A stretch of 64,000 nt of DNA from a virus. Both the position numbers and the translations under genes were made by a program. Under the pieces are notes generated by a model. The model worked only from the letters and a program-made list of their open reading frames with translations. It did no database searches and had not been told where the DNA came from. Shown here piece after piece: positions 44,514-54,267 of this stretch (positions are counted from its first letter, which is position 1; each line of letters begins with the position of its first letter). The stretch covers positions 32,001-96,000 of IMG/VR virus record IMGVR_UViG_3300044653_000068. One strand, written 5' to 3'.

Positions 44514-45695
44514 ATGACCTATACCATTCCGGGCGACTACGTGCCGAATAAGGTACGGGCGCTCATCGACCAGCTGGCGTACGCGAAGGACGAGTACAAG
44601 GACGTCCTGACCATGGCGCTGCTCGTGTCCTACATCCGGGAGGCGTTCACCGCGCTGCCCGAGATCCTGGCGACGTCCGAGGTGCCGGAGAGCGGCAAGA
44701 CCACGCTGGTCTGCAACATCCCGCTGCTGCTGGCGTTCAACCCGTGGAAGATCAACAGGCTGACCACCATCGACGCGATGCGGGCGAAGTACCTGGAGCG
44801 GGTGAAGCCCAACCCGATCTTCGATGACGTGGGGAAGATCTTCAACGACAACGGCACCGGGGGCAAAACCACCTGGGCGTACTCCCTGCTCACCGACTGC
44901 TACACCGAGGAAGGCGTGATCGAGGTCTCGCGCAGCGGGATCAACCAGCGCCTTTCCAGCTACGGCATGGCTTTCATGAGCGGGCTGAAGAACGCGGTCC
45001 CGTACGACCTGTGGACGCGCTGCATCGAGTTCGCGAACATGGAGCCGACCCCCGAGGGCATCGAGCTGCGCGACTTCGGCGACCCGGGGATCAAGGAGGA
45101 CGCCAAGCTGCTGCGCGCGGCGATGGCATCATGGGCGGGATCGCGGGCGAAGAACATGACCGCCTACATGAACGGGCCGGTCAAGCACGTGCACCCGGCG
45201 CTGATCAGCCGTAAGCGGCAGAAGTGGGGCCCGATCTTCGCGGCCGCGAGCGAGGCCGGGGGCGACTGGCCGCGCCGCATCTACGAGGCGTTCGTGTCCA
45301 TCGAGCTGAAGGCGGCCGAGAAGCCGAGCCTGGTGGCCGAGCAGCGCCTGCTACTGGACGCGGCCGACATCATCATGCGGGACGGCGACGACAGGCTGTT
45401 CGCCACCGACCTGCTGGCGCGGCTGCGCGCACGGCCGGCCGGAAGCTACTACCGCAAGTCCGAGGACAAGATCCTGCTGAAGGACAAGTTCACGGAGGCG
45501 TTCGGCCCTCCCGAGATGATCACCATCCGGGGCGTCGGGCGGGGACTGGGCTACAAGGCCGCTCCCATCCTGGAGGCGGCGGCGGACCTGCGCGACGCGA
45601 TCTACCCGCGCATGACGCCGGTCGAGGACACGCTTGAGGCGGAGTTCGCGATCACGCCCCTGCACCCGATCACGCCGATAAGGACGGCCGCGTGA
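44514..45695 (+). CDS. DUF3631-like P-loop protein (replication/recombination associated)
   Basis: S..PESGKTT, FDDV, W.P.FA.A..AGGDWP. Confidence 0.75.
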   Translation: MTYTIPGDYVPNKVRALIDQLAYAKDEYKDVLTMALLVSYIREAFTALPEILATSEVPESGKTTLVCNIPLLLAFNPWKINRLTTIDAMRAKYLERVKPNPIFDDVGKIFNDNGTGGKTTWAYSLLTDCYTEEGVIEVSRSGINQRLSSYGMAFMSGLKNAVPYDLWTRCIEFANMEPTPEGIELRDFGDPGIKEDAKLLRAAMASWAGSRAKNMTAYMNGPVKHVHPALISRKRQKWGPIFAAASEAGGDWPRRIYEAFVSIELKAAEKPSLVAEQRLLLDAADIIMRDGDDRLFATDLLARLRARPAGSYYRKSEDKILLKDKFTEAFGPPEMITIRGVGRGLGYKAAPILEAAADLRDAIYPRMTPVEDTLEAEFAITPLHPITPIRTAA

Positions 45696-45917
45696 ACAAC
45701 TACGACGCCGACCTGGACGACCGGTACTACCCGGATCACGTGCGCCGGCACACCACGTTCGAGGAAATGCTCAACTGCAACTGGTGCTGGCTAGAGGAAG
45801 CGAAAGCGCGAAAGGAGGCGCTAGACGGTGTTCTGGATTCTGAGGTCGGCAGTCCGGTCAGCGGGCCGGAGTAGGAACGAGCGGGCACCGCGACCGCCGC
45901 GCACTCCGGCCGGACCG

Positions 45918-46538
45918 GTGACCATGCTGGCGATCTTCGCGAGCGCGGTCTTCCTGGTCGTCATGCCGGTCACGACCGGCCGGCTCCCCGGCCCGCTGGT
46001 CATGGTCCTGATACCGCTTGCCCTGGGTCTTCTGCTGCTGGGGGGGATACTCGTGTCCGGCGCGGCCGAGGCCGACCGGGCGAAGCGGAAGCTACGAAAC
46101 CTGCCCTCAGCGCCGACCGCCGCAGACGAGGCCCGCGCAACGGCCCTGATGCGCGCTCAGGCGGCCGGGTGGCAGTTCCGGGGGGACACGGCCACCCTGC
46201 CGCTCCCGAAGCCGCCCCAGGCCCGCCCGAGACCCGCGCAGACCCGCCCACGGGTGGCAACGCGAGCGCAGATCAAGCTGGATGCCGAGGAGGACGAACG
46301 GCTGCTGCGCATCGCGGCCATCATCGTCCAGTCGTGCCCGTTCTGCGGCGCCGAAGAGGGTGGGCTGTGCTACCCGATCGAGGGCTACAAGTGGTACGCG
46401 CTCGACCGTGCCCGGGGCATCTACGCACACCCGATGCGCATAGCCAAGGCGATCGGCAACAAGTCGGCCGAACTGGAGGACGTGCTCGCGCAGTTCGACG
46501 GAAACATGCCGGAAGAGATCATGGTGTCACTACTGTGA
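45918..46538 (+). CDS. membrane protein with a C-terminal Zn finger
   Basis: 2 TMs; CPFCGA..G..C...H..R; start uncertain. Confidence 0.6.
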   Translation: MTMLAIFASAVFLVVMPVTTGRLPGPLVMVLIPLALGLLLLGGILVSGAAEADRAKRKLRNLPSAPTAADEARATALMRAQAAGWQFRGDTATLPLPKPPQARPRPAQTRPRVATRAQIKLDAEEDERLLRIAAIIVQSCPFCGAEEGGLCYPIEGYKWYALDRARGIYAHPMRIAKAIGNKSAELEDVLAQFDGNMPEEIMVSLL

Positions 46539-46558
46539 GCACCGAACAGGAGGACTAA

Positions 46559-46852
46559 ATGGGACGCAAAGAACGCGAGCGGCTCTATCACTACATGCGA
46601 GGGGTAGCGGGCAGCGACGAAACAACAGGAGGAAGCATGAAAGGAATCCAGATAGCCGTCAGCAACGCCATAGGGCAGGGCATGACGCCCGCCGAAATTC
46701 AGGAGGCCGTGGATTCCGTGCTGGAACTGCACGCGCCGCCCGAGCCGCCGTTCAACGAGAACCACTACCGGTATCACACGCCCAACGGGCCGAACCCAGC
46801 ATGCCCGAACTGCCGGTGGCATAACTGGCAGCAGACAGAAGAGGGAGCATGA
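46559..46852 (+). CDS. hypothetical protein
   Basis: GGAGG RBS. Confidence 0.55.
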   Translation: MGRKERERLYHYMRGVAGSDETTGGSMKGIQIAVSNAIGQGMTPAEIQEAVDSVLELHAPPEPPFNENHYRYHTPNGPNPACPNCRWHNWQQTEEGA

Positions 46853-47156
46853 CATGACAACAACTATTCGCGTGGGATACGTAGCGTACGCGGTGACCTA
46901 CCACGAGCTGACCGACGCCGAGGTACCGGAGATCGTCACGGCGATCCAGGCCGAGGCCTACGAGTCCCTGGAAGTCATCCGGGACGTCAAGAGCGTGGAG
47001 AAGCCATGACCCTCCCCAACACGGCCGAGGGCAATCGCGCGTACATGCGCGGGAATATCCGGGCCGCCGGCCTGGCTCTAGAAGTAGAGGCGGAGGCGCT
47101 GCTGGTCATCGCGTTCCGCGAGCAACTAGAGGCTTCCCCCGAACAGGAGCAGTGAG

Positions 47157-47357
47157 ATGCAGGGAGCAAGGGCATTCATCCTGAAGATCGACAAGACCCG
47201 GGACCTGAACATAGCCGAGCTGGCCAAGGCCCTGTCCCGGACCGCCGGGCAGCTGGACTCCGGGCGGCTGCGCGTGGACGGCGGCATCGTGCGCGGCTCG
47301 GCCGGCCAGGCGATCGGCTCCTATCACTGGGAGGACCCGCCGAAGACGGACGAGTAG
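47157..47357 (+). CDS. hypothetical protein
   Basis: AGGAG RBS. Confidence 0.6.
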   Translation: MQGARAFILKIDKTRDLNIAELAKALSRTAGQLDSGRLRVDGGIVRGSAGQAIGSYHWEDPPKTDE

Positions 47358-47388
47358 CATTTCGGTCAACTACCCGGAGGGAGGGCGC

Positions 47389-47733
47389 ATGGTAATCCCA
47401 GGGCGCGGCGCACCGCTCCACGCAGCGGGCGCGCCGCCGACGTCGGGGACGGTCACCGCGATTCTCGCCGTCGTGATCATCCTCATGGCGCTGACCCCGG
47501 TCTGCGTCTACATATGGAAGTCGCGCGGCTGCCCGAGACCCCGGCTGCCCGACCGGACGCGCCACCGCTACCGGCGGGACATGAGGAACGTCAGTCGGCG
47601 CGGCCGGGCGGCGTGCGCCTGCTGCGGCGGGGTGAACACCCGGCTGCGCAGGGACCGCGCGCAGTGGGTCTGCAAGAACAGGGACCTGTGCAGGAAGTCC
47701 ATGGTCTACATGAACATGCTGGAATCTCTTTGA
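47389..47733 (+). CDS. membrane protein with a Cys motif
   Basis: GGAGG RBS, TM, CACCG...WVC....C. Confidence 0.6.
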   Translation: MVIPGRGAPLHAAGAPPTSGTVTAILAVVIILMALTPVCVYIWKSRGCPRPRLPDRTRHRYRRDMRNVSRRGRAACACCGGVNTRLRRDRAQWVCKNRDLCRKSMVYMNMLESL

Positions 47734-47986
47734 CGGCCCGGAAGACGGACAGGTACGTGAGGCGCGGCGGACCCGTGCCCCGGATCTACCCCGGCACCCT
47801 CGCGGGCGTCAGCCAGGCGGTCAGCGACGCCCGGGAGGAGAGCCGGTTCAGCCCCGGCGTGGTCATCACCGTCTGGGCGGTCAGGGGCAAGGGCCGCGAG
47901 CGCATCCGCGCCTTCGTGGCGGGCCGGGAACAAGAAGCCAGCTAACCGTGTTGGCACTACACAGCAAACAGAAACGAGGAAGCATC

Positions 47987-48292
47987 GTGGGTTACTACAT
48001 TGAGACGCCGGCGCTCACCGGCAAGGCCGACTACATCGCCCGCGCGTACAGCGGCGAGATCATCGATCGCGCGCCCGCGTCCTACGCGGACATCCCGGCG
48101 GGCAAGGCGCTCGTCGTCGTGGTCGTAAACACGCTGTTCGAGGCGGCGGGCGTGGTCTACAGCGAGCGCGAGTTCGACGCGTTCACTGACCAGGCGCATG
48201 ACTTCCGACCGCGCACGTACGTGCTGATGGACCGCGCGCTGGCATTCCAGGTAGGCGGGCGTCCCGGATCACCTGCTCTAAACACGCTCTAA
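47987..48292 (+). CDS. conserved phage protein
   Basis: GYYIET...KA...VVVN..F.AA...YS..E...F. Confidence 0.7.
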   Translation: MGYYIETPALTGKADYIARAYSGEIIDRAPASYADIPAGKALVVVVVNTLFEAAGVVYSEREFDAFTDQAHDFRPRTYVLMDRALAFQVGGRPGSPALNTL

Positions 48293-48328
48293 ACACCAGG
48301 CAGCATCTACGAAAAGAGGCAAACCATA

Positions 48329-49150
48329 GTGAAATCGATTTGGAGCGGTAGCATCTCGCTCTCCCTGCTCAACATGCCCGTCAAGCTGGGCACGGCCACG
48401 CAGGACGCCGGCCTGGAACTGCACCAGGTCCGGAAGTCGGACGGCTCGCGCATCAAGTACCGGCGGGTGGCCGAGGCAGACGGCCCTGACGGCGCTGAGG
48501 TGCCCTACCACGAGGTGGTCAAGGGCTACACCGCGCCTGACGGCTCCCTGGTAACACTCGACCAGCGCGATTTCAAGAGCGCCTACGGCGAGAAGAACCG
48601 GCAGGCCGAGCTGGTCATGTTCACCGATTCCGCGAACGTCCCGCCCATGGCGGTCAAGAGCGCCTACTGGGTGCAGCCAGACAAGGGCGGCGAGAAGACG
48701 TACGCCCTGCTGGCCGGGGCGCTTCAGCAGACGGGCAAGGTGGCGATCGTCAGGTACGCCATGCGCGACCGCGAGGCCATGGCCGTGCTGCGCCCGCACG
48801 ACGGCTACCTGTCACTGGAAACCCTGGAGTGGGACTCCGGCCTCGTCCGCCCGGACTTCGCCGCGCCGGCCATGAGCGCCAGCCAGGACGAGCAGAATCT
48901 CGCGCTCAGGCTGATCGAGAGCATGGACGGGAAGTACGATCACGCCGCGCAGACGGACAAGTCGTCCGAGGCCGTGATGACCATCATCCAGGGCAAGATC
49001 GAGCGCGGCGAGGTCAAGGCCCCCGCCCCGCGCCCCGATAACGCCGGCGCTCCCGCCGATCTCACGGCGACCCTCCTGGCCTCCGTGGCAGCGCAGAAGA
49101 AGGCCAAGGCACCCGCCAGGGCCGCGACCCAGCAGAGGAAGGCATCATGA
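48329..49150 (+). CDS. ku: Ku (NHEJ DNA end-binding) protein
   Basis: SIWSGSIS..L...PVKL..AT, SRIKYRRV, VVKGY, YALL..AL, DLTATL.ASV. Confidence 0.95.
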   Translation: MKSIWSGSISLSLLNMPVKLGTATQDAGLELHQVRKSDGSRIKYRRVAEADGPDGAEVPYHEVVKGYTAPDGSLVTLDQRDFKSAYGEKNRQAELVMFTDSANVPPMAVKSAYWVQPDKGGEKTYALLAGALQQTGKVAIVRYAMRDREAMAVLRPHDGYLSLETLEWDSGLVRPDFAAPAMSASQDEQNLALRLIESMDGKYDHAAQTDKSSEAVMTIIQGKIERGEVKAPAPRPDNAGAPADLTATLLASVAAQKKAKAPARAATQQRKAS

Positions 49151-49301
49151 GCAAGTTCACCGTCGAGTTCGTCAAGAGCCCGGCAGCCCTAGACCGCAGC
49201 AGCGACGAGGACACCGCCGCCGCGATGGCCAAGATCCTCAACAGGGAACTGGAGTTCTTCTGGGACTCCAAGGTCACTGTCACTCCCGAAAGGAAGGCAT
49301 C

Positions 49302-49517
49302 ATGACCGCGAAGAAGCTCACCGTCAAGCTCGTCAGGGACAAGGAAACCCCGGGCACCATCCGGTACACCGAAGTCCCGGACGAGGAGACCGGCAAATAC
49401 GCGGACGGCATGTTCGACGGCCCGGCCGTTGTCACGCAGTACGTCAGGAAGCACGCCGCCAGGGCTCTCGGCGACCCGAAGATCATCACCATCACCATCG
49501 AGGCCGTGCCCGAATGA
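49302..49517 (+). CDS. small phage protein
   Basis: KETPGT.RY.E...YVRK. Confidence 0.65.
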   Translation: MTAKKLTVKLVRDKETPGTIRYTEVPDEETGKYADGMFDGPAVVTQYVRKHAARALGDPKIITITIEAVPE

Positions 49518-49576
49518 GACGCAGCCGCGACCCGCTGGTCCTTTACGGATCGGCGGGCCGGCCGAGAGGAGAAGAC

Positions 49577-49972
49577 ATGCCCGCAGCAGTAGAAGCAATC
49601 ACAGAGGCAGAGCTGACCGCAGCAATGGCCCTTATGGGCTATCCCTCGCGGAACGCCCCCGCAATCTTCAACCGCGCCCTTGAGCGTCGGCGGGGCGATA
49701 TCAACCCGCAGATCGACGGCAACGAGGCCATCACGGTGGACGAGCTGCGCGCATCGCTCAAGCGCCTCGGGTACATCCCGTTCGAGGCGGCGGGCGTGGT
49801 CACGGACATCCTGGAGCACCGCAAGCCCGAGTTCGAGCCGGGGGACATCGTGACCGGCCATTACGGGGCCACGTTCATCAGGCAGGCTGACGGAACCTGG
49901 AAGGGCACGCACGGAGGCTCAATCTACAGGCACCTGGAAGGCCCGCTGACCAAGATCGGGGTGGCGGTGTGA
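49577..49972 (+). CDS. hypothetical protein
   Basis: GAGGAG RBS. Confidence 0.6.
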   Translation: MPAAVEAITEAELTAAMALMGYPSRNAPAIFNRALERRRGDINPQIDGNEAITVDELRASLKRLGYIPFEAAGVVTDILEHRKPEFEPGDIVTGHYGATFIRQADGTWKGTHGGSIYRHLEGPLTKIGVAV

Positions 49973-50229
49973 CACTCGGCTACAACACGCCTGAGACCCC
50001 CATGTGCGAGCACTGCGGGTCCAGGGTGCACGAGACGGACAAGTGCAGGTTCCCGCCGGAGGAGAAGCTCTACGCGTTCAGGAAGCCAACCGCCGAAGGT
50101 GCGCTAACCCCGCACCAGGCCCTCCGCATCCTGGAGCGCGAGCTGAAAATTAACGAGGGCCAAGAGAACGAGGCGGCCCGGGAAGCGGCCCTGAACAGGC
50201 TCTGGAATCTCGTCCTCACGGGCGAGTAG
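49969..50229 (+). CDS. hypothetical protein
   Basis: CEHCGS..H...C. Confidence 0.55.
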   Translation: MTLGYNTPETPMCEHCGSRVHETDKCRFPPEEKLYAFRKPTAEGALTPHQALRILERELKINEGQENEAAREAALNRLWNLVLTGE

Positions 50230-50284
50230 AGGGTCAGCGCGAGAACTGAAACATGACATCACAGACAATGAAATGAGGTAACAG

Positions 50285-50566
50285 ATGCCGGGTAACACGG
50301 CTATCGGCAAGGACGTGGTGCTGATCGGCCAGGAGGTGGTGGCCGAGTACCTGGGCGTGACCTCGCAGGCCGTCTCCAACTGGTACAACAGGGGCCTGGA
50401 GGGCATGCCGCCGTACGTCCCGGTCCACTACACGGGGGACAAGACCCCGGCCAAGGTGTGGCGGTGGACGCAGCTCCCGGCCTGGGGCAAGTGGCACGAG
50501 AAGCACAAGGCGGAGACCGGGCAGCACACCGCCGAGAGGAACAGGAAGACGGCGAAGGCAGCATGA
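50285..50566 (+). CDS. HTH DNA-binding protein
   Basis: VAEYLGVTSQAVSNW..R. Confidence 0.8.
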   Translation: MPGNTAIGKDVVLIGQEVVAEYLGVTSQAVSNWYNRGLEGMPPYVPVHYTGDKTPAKVWRWTQLPAWGKWHEKHKAETGQHTAERNRKTAKAA

Positions 50567-50778
50567 CGGAAGACAAGAAGCGCGGTGTGCTGGGCGGCAT
50601 CGAGCCGGACCCGGACAAGGGGAAGCCGTACAGGCACACCCGGCGCAAGTGCCTCCTGATGATGGAGGGAATGAACGGCGGCAAGCACGGGGCCGCGCTG
50701 AAACTTCTCATCGAGAAGAGGCCCGAGGACGTGCTGGACGCGCTGATCGCGGTATCAGACGAACTAAAAAGGGAGTAA
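50563..50778 (+). CDS. duplicated gene, copy B
   Basis: ATGA-coupled to the HTH gene; identical to copy A. Confidence 0.7.
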   Translation: MTEDKKRGVLGGIEPDPDKGKPYRHTRRKCLLMMEGMNGGKHGAALKLLIEKRPEDVLDALIAVSDELKRE

Positions 50779-50782
50779 GAGC

Positions 50783-51247
50783 ATGAATCATCTCACTACC
50801 GACCGCGCCAAGCGGGTCGGCGACGCCGAGCGGGACCTGTACGTGGAGCACCTGGCCGGCACGGTCGCCACCGGGCACCTGAAGCCAGCCGAGTTCACAG
50901 AGCGCCGGGACGCGGCCCTGGCCGCCGTCACAGCCGGGGACCTGATGAAGCTGATCGCGGACCTGCCCGCAGTCACCGTGCCGAAGCCGCAGCTCGTGAA
51001 GCTCAACCAGATGGGCACGAAGTTCAGGCCGGCCCAGTGGGGGGCGTGGATGCTGGCCAGCCTGCTGCTAGCCGCCGTCCCCGGCCCTGTCCTGACCTCC
51101 GTTTTCGGCGGGTTCGGCCACATCCCGCTCCACGGCGCGGGCTGCCTCTTCCTGACCGTCCTCGGCGTCGTTCTGTTCCTCTGCGCCGCCATCTCCCTGG
51201 CCCCGGACAAGACCGCGCCCGAGGACAATCCCGCAACCTGGCGGTAA
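50783..51247 (+). CDS. DUF1707 (SHOCT-like) membrane protein
   Basis: RVGDAERD...L......G.L...EF.ER...AL.A.T..DL..L.ADLP plus 2 TMs. Confidence 0.85.
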   Translation: MNHLTTDRAKRVGDAERDLYVEHLAGTVATGHLKPAEFTERRDAALAAVTAGDLMKLIADLPAVTVPKPQLVKLNQMGTKFRPAQWGAWMLASLLLAAVPGPVLTSVFGGFGHIPLHGAGCLFLTVLGVVLFLCAAISLAPDKTAPEDNPATWR

Positions 51248-51280
51248 AGTGCCGTCGCGATCCACGAAAGGAGCAAGACA

Positions 51281-51487
51281 ATGACCGCATCAGACAACGA
51301 GGGCTGGCTCAAGAGTTCGCTGAGCTTCGCCAACGGCAACTGCGTAGAGGTGGCGAGCCTGTCCGACGGCGATATGGGCGTGCGCAACAGCAGGGACGCC
51401 ACCGGGCCGGTCCTGCGGTTCACGCCGGACGAGTGGGACGCGTTCATCGGGGGCGCGAAGAACGGCGAGTTCGACCGAAACAAGTGA
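51281..51487 (+). CDS. DUF397 domain protein
   Basis: WLKSS.S..NGNCVEVA...VRNSRD..GPVL.FT..EW.AF..G.K.GEFD. Confidence 0.95.
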   Translation: MTASDNEGWLKSSLSFANGNCVEVASLSDGDMGVRNSRDATGPVLRFTPDEWDAFIGGAKNGEFDRNK

Positions 51488-51523
51488 CCGGCGGGTAACC
51501 ACCGTGATAGCGTCGTTATCCTT

Positions 51524-51536
51524 CGCTCTTTGAAAA
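51524..51536 (+). promoter_or_regulatory. boxA-like antitermination element
   Basis: CGCTCTTTGAAAA downstream of a TAGCGT -10. Confidence 0.5.
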
Positions 51537-51676
51537 TGTCATAACGGGAGCTGGGCAGGCGATCTTGCGTCGTCTGCCCAGGCCGGGGCATCCGAAACGC
51601 CCCCGGAGGGCTGAACCCTGACCCCGGCTGCGCCTGACTGCGGCCTCCTCCGTCTCCCCCTGCACTAGGAGAGTTC

Positions 51677-52861
51677 GTGAAGGGCACCAGCAAGGCGGCA
51701 CTCCGGGCAACGGCGGAACTTCGCGCCACGGCGGCACTCCGCACCACGGCCGCGTTCCGCACTGGCAGGGCAAAGCGCGCCCTGCGCTTCTTCATTCTCC
51801 CGGCCGTCGTCGTCATCGGCCTCATCACCGTCATCGTCACGCTCACCCCCGGGCCGGCGACGGCTCGCGCGGGAGGCGTCAGCAACGTCAGCGCGGTAAG
51901 CGCCGCCGGCGCCGGCAAGATCGAGCAGGCATCAGCCCTGAACGCTGGCAGCCGGCAGGTCGCCAGCCTGAAGGCGCGCACGGCGGACCTGGCGGCGGCC
52001 CGCGCGGTCGCGCAGGCGGAGAAGGAGGCGGCGACGGCGAGAGCGGACCACGCGTTCCACATCGAGCACCTCGCCCACCTGAGGTTCCTGGCCGCGCGGG
52101 CTGCGGCGGCCAGGGCGGCTGCGGCGTCGGCGGCGTGGGCGAAGTCGCACCCTGCCCCGCTCGTGACGCACGCGAGCGTCACCCCGATCACGAGCACCGC
52201 CCCGGTATCGTCCGGCGTCTACAGCGAGTCGATGCTGGAGCGGCTCTGGGTGGCCGAGGGCGGGAGCGCCGGCGAGGAGGGCGTGGCCGCCTGCATCGCG
52301 GAGCACGAATCAGGCGGCAACCCGGGCGCGGTGTCGCCCACCGACGACTACGGCCTCTGGCAGATCAACGCGGTCAACGCCTCCCCCAGCCTGATGCTCA
52401 ACCCGGAGGCGAACGCGCGGGAGGCCATCTCGCTGTCCCGTGACGGGACGAACTGGTCGCCGTGGACGACAGCGCCCGATTGCGCCGGGGCATCCGTCAC
52501 GGCCGCCGTGAGCCCGTCAGGCGGCATCGTCGGCTTCGCGCTCAGCTTCAAGGGCTACCCGTACGTGTACGGCGGGACGAGCCCGGCCGGCTTCGATTGC
52601 AGCGGCTTCGCGCAGTACGTCTACGCCCGCTTCGGCAAGTCGATCCCCCGCACCAGCGAGGAGCAGGCCGCTTACCTGGCCAGGGTGTCAAGCCCGTCAC
52701 CGGGCGACCTGGTGTTCTACTGGTCCGGGAGCGACGCCTTCCACGTCGCGATCTACATCGGCGGCGGCCAGGTTATATCGGCGCTCAACCAGAACGCGGG
52801 CGTGGTGGTGACGCCGCTGAGCTGGCCCGGCCCGGACTACAGCTTCGGAACACTCGCGTAA
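51677..52861 (+). CDS. secreted lysozyme-like transglycosylase plus NlpC/P60 peptidoglycan hydrolase
   Basis: TM/signal; CIAEHESGGNP...GLWQIN...WSPW; PYVYGG...FDCSG...HVAIY. Confidence 0.92.
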   Translation: MKGTSKAALRATAELRATAALRTTAAFRTGRAKRALRFFILPAVVVIGLITVIVTLTPGPATARAGGVSNVSAVSAAGAGKIEQASALNAGSRQVASLKARTADLAAARAVAQAEKEAATARADHAFHIEHLAHLRFLAARAAAARAAAASAAWAKSHPAPLVTHASVTPITSTAPVSSGVYSESMLERLWVAEGGSAGEEGVAACIAEHESGGNPGAVSPTDDYGLWQINAVNASPSLMLNPEANAREAISLSRDGTNWSPWTTAPDCAGASVTAAVSPSGGIVGFALSFKGYPYVYGGTSPAGFDCSGFAQYVYARFGKSIPRTSEEQAAYLARVSSPSPGDLVFYWSGSDAFHVAIYIGGGQVISALNQNAGVVVTPLSWPGPDYSFGTLA

Positions 52862-53001
52862 TCCCGTCCGGGCAAAAGGTCCGGGGAATAAACGCAGGCC
52901 GGCGCGGCGCTGTAACAGCCGCGTCTCACCGGAAGCCCCGTAAACGGGCGGATGGTACTGTGTGCTCACTGTCAGCTCAATTTCAGGAAAGGCTCGAAAC
53001 T

Positions 53002-53889
53002 ATGCTTCGCAAGATTCGCAGCACCGCACTCGTGATGGCCACAGTCACGGCCCTCGCGCTGGGCGCAGTCGGCGCGGTCGCCGGAGTGGCCAGCGCGTCC
53101 GTGATCCCCGTGTACAACGTCTCGGTGGGCAGCTCGAACGGCGGCGTCGCCGGCTACTACTGGGGCGACGACCAGCACACCAACTGGCGGTACACGCAGA
53201 CGACTGTGATCGCGTCGCCGACGCTGAACGACCTGAACGGGACCACCTCCTCGACCCTCGGGGCCGTGGGCACCGAGCTGTGCAACGAGAACGGCGGCCA
53301 CGGCAACGGCGTCGCGGCGCAGATCGGCCTGTACTACACCGGGAGCGCCTACGGCGTCGCCTACGACTTCGGCGACTTCGCGTCCAACAGCTTCGACGAT
53401 CCCTGCATCCAGGCCGGCTTCATCAACCCGGACATCGAGAGCGCGCCGCAGCTCCTGAGCCACACCGTCATCCACACGGGCGACCGCATCGAGCTGGCGA
53501 TCTTCTACAGCCCGGCCGCCGGCGCGCACGGCCGCCACACCCTGGCGTTCGGCGTGACCGACCTGTCGCAGCTCAACGAGGCCCGCAGTCATGACGAAAG
53601 CGTGACCGCGCAGTCCTTCACCGAGTTCGGCACCGGGGTCGTTAGCGATGCCGCCAACGTGACCGCCGCCCTGGACAACAACCTGGAGACCTACACCAAC
53701 TCCACGGTCAACTTCTACAGCGCGCACACCGCCGCGAAGCCGGTCGGCGACGAGGGCACGGGCTTCGGCGGCATCGGGGGCCTGACCATGGCGCAGTACG
53801 TGAACGTGTCAGATCAGCCCGAGATCAGCCCGAACGGCAGCCTGAACGGCCCGAACTTCACCGTTTACGAGGGCAGCACCACCCCGTAA
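53002..53889 (+). CDS. secreted beta-rich protein
   Basis: GAAAGG RBS, signal peptide ending ASA. Confidence 0.75.
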   Translation: MLRKIRSTALVMATVTALALGAVGAVAGVASASVIPVYNVSVGSSNGGVAGYYWGDDQHTNWRYTQTTVIASPTLNDLNGTTSSTLGAVGTELCNENGGHGNGVAAQIGLYYTGSAYGVAYDFGDFASNSFDDPCIQAGFINPDIESAPQLLSHTVIHTGDRIELAIFYSPAAGAHGRHTLAFGVTDLSQLNEARSHDESVTAQSFTEFGTGVVSDAANVTAALDNNLETYTNSTVNFYSAHTAAKPVGDEGTGFGGIGGLTMAQYVNVSDQPEISPNGSLNGPNFTVYEGSTTP

Positions 53890-54267
53890 CAGATCACGTC
53901 CCTCAGGGGCGTACGGAGCTTCACCCAGGTGGAGCCCCGTGCGCCCCTCTATTATGCGCCGGGCCCGTTCCACAGAGCCCATGCCCTTAATCTCATTGCA
54001 GTAGACAGGACCGGGGCGCACCCCCAGCCTCCCGGCGGCGGCCGTGCACACGGAGCAGCCTCCCGGGTATGTGTGAATTGCCTTCACATTCTCCGGCGTG
54101 CTCTTGCCGCCCTCAGTGTCCGGGATCTCGTGGTCTCCGCCGTGCGCACCGTAATGAAAACACACCCAACAGCGGCCGTGATCGCGGACGACTACCTGGG
54201 CCACCAGGCGCCGCCAGGAGCGGCCCTCAGCGCCCGCCGCGCGCTTCGGGCGGGGCTTCCCAGTCAC
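53809..54267 (-). CDS. HNH endonuclease (packaging-associated type)
   Basis: WRRL...V..RD...CWVC...DH.IP...GG....N....H...CN..KG. Confidence 0.8.
   Translation of the reverse strand: MTGKPRPKRAAGAEGRSWRRLVAQVVVRDHGRCWVCFHYGAHGGDHEIPDTEGGKSTPENVKAIHTYPGGCSVCTAAAGRLGVRPGPVYCNEIKGMGSVERARRIIEGRTGLHLGEAPYAPEGRDLLRGGAALVNGEVRAVQAAVRADLGLI

Noticed and set aside
35408-50778. Diversity-generating retroelement TR/VR pair
   Set aside because: Copies are identical rather than differing at adenines, and no reverse transcriptase is in the window
51540-51670. c-di-AMP (ydaO) riboswitch
   Set aside because: The context fits, but the paired GAAUC and CCCGUCAGCUAAC elements are not recognisable
53002-53889. 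G1 glutamic peptidase call
   Set aside because: Only a loose SSN..AGY resemblance; catalytic Gln/Glu motifs not confidently placed
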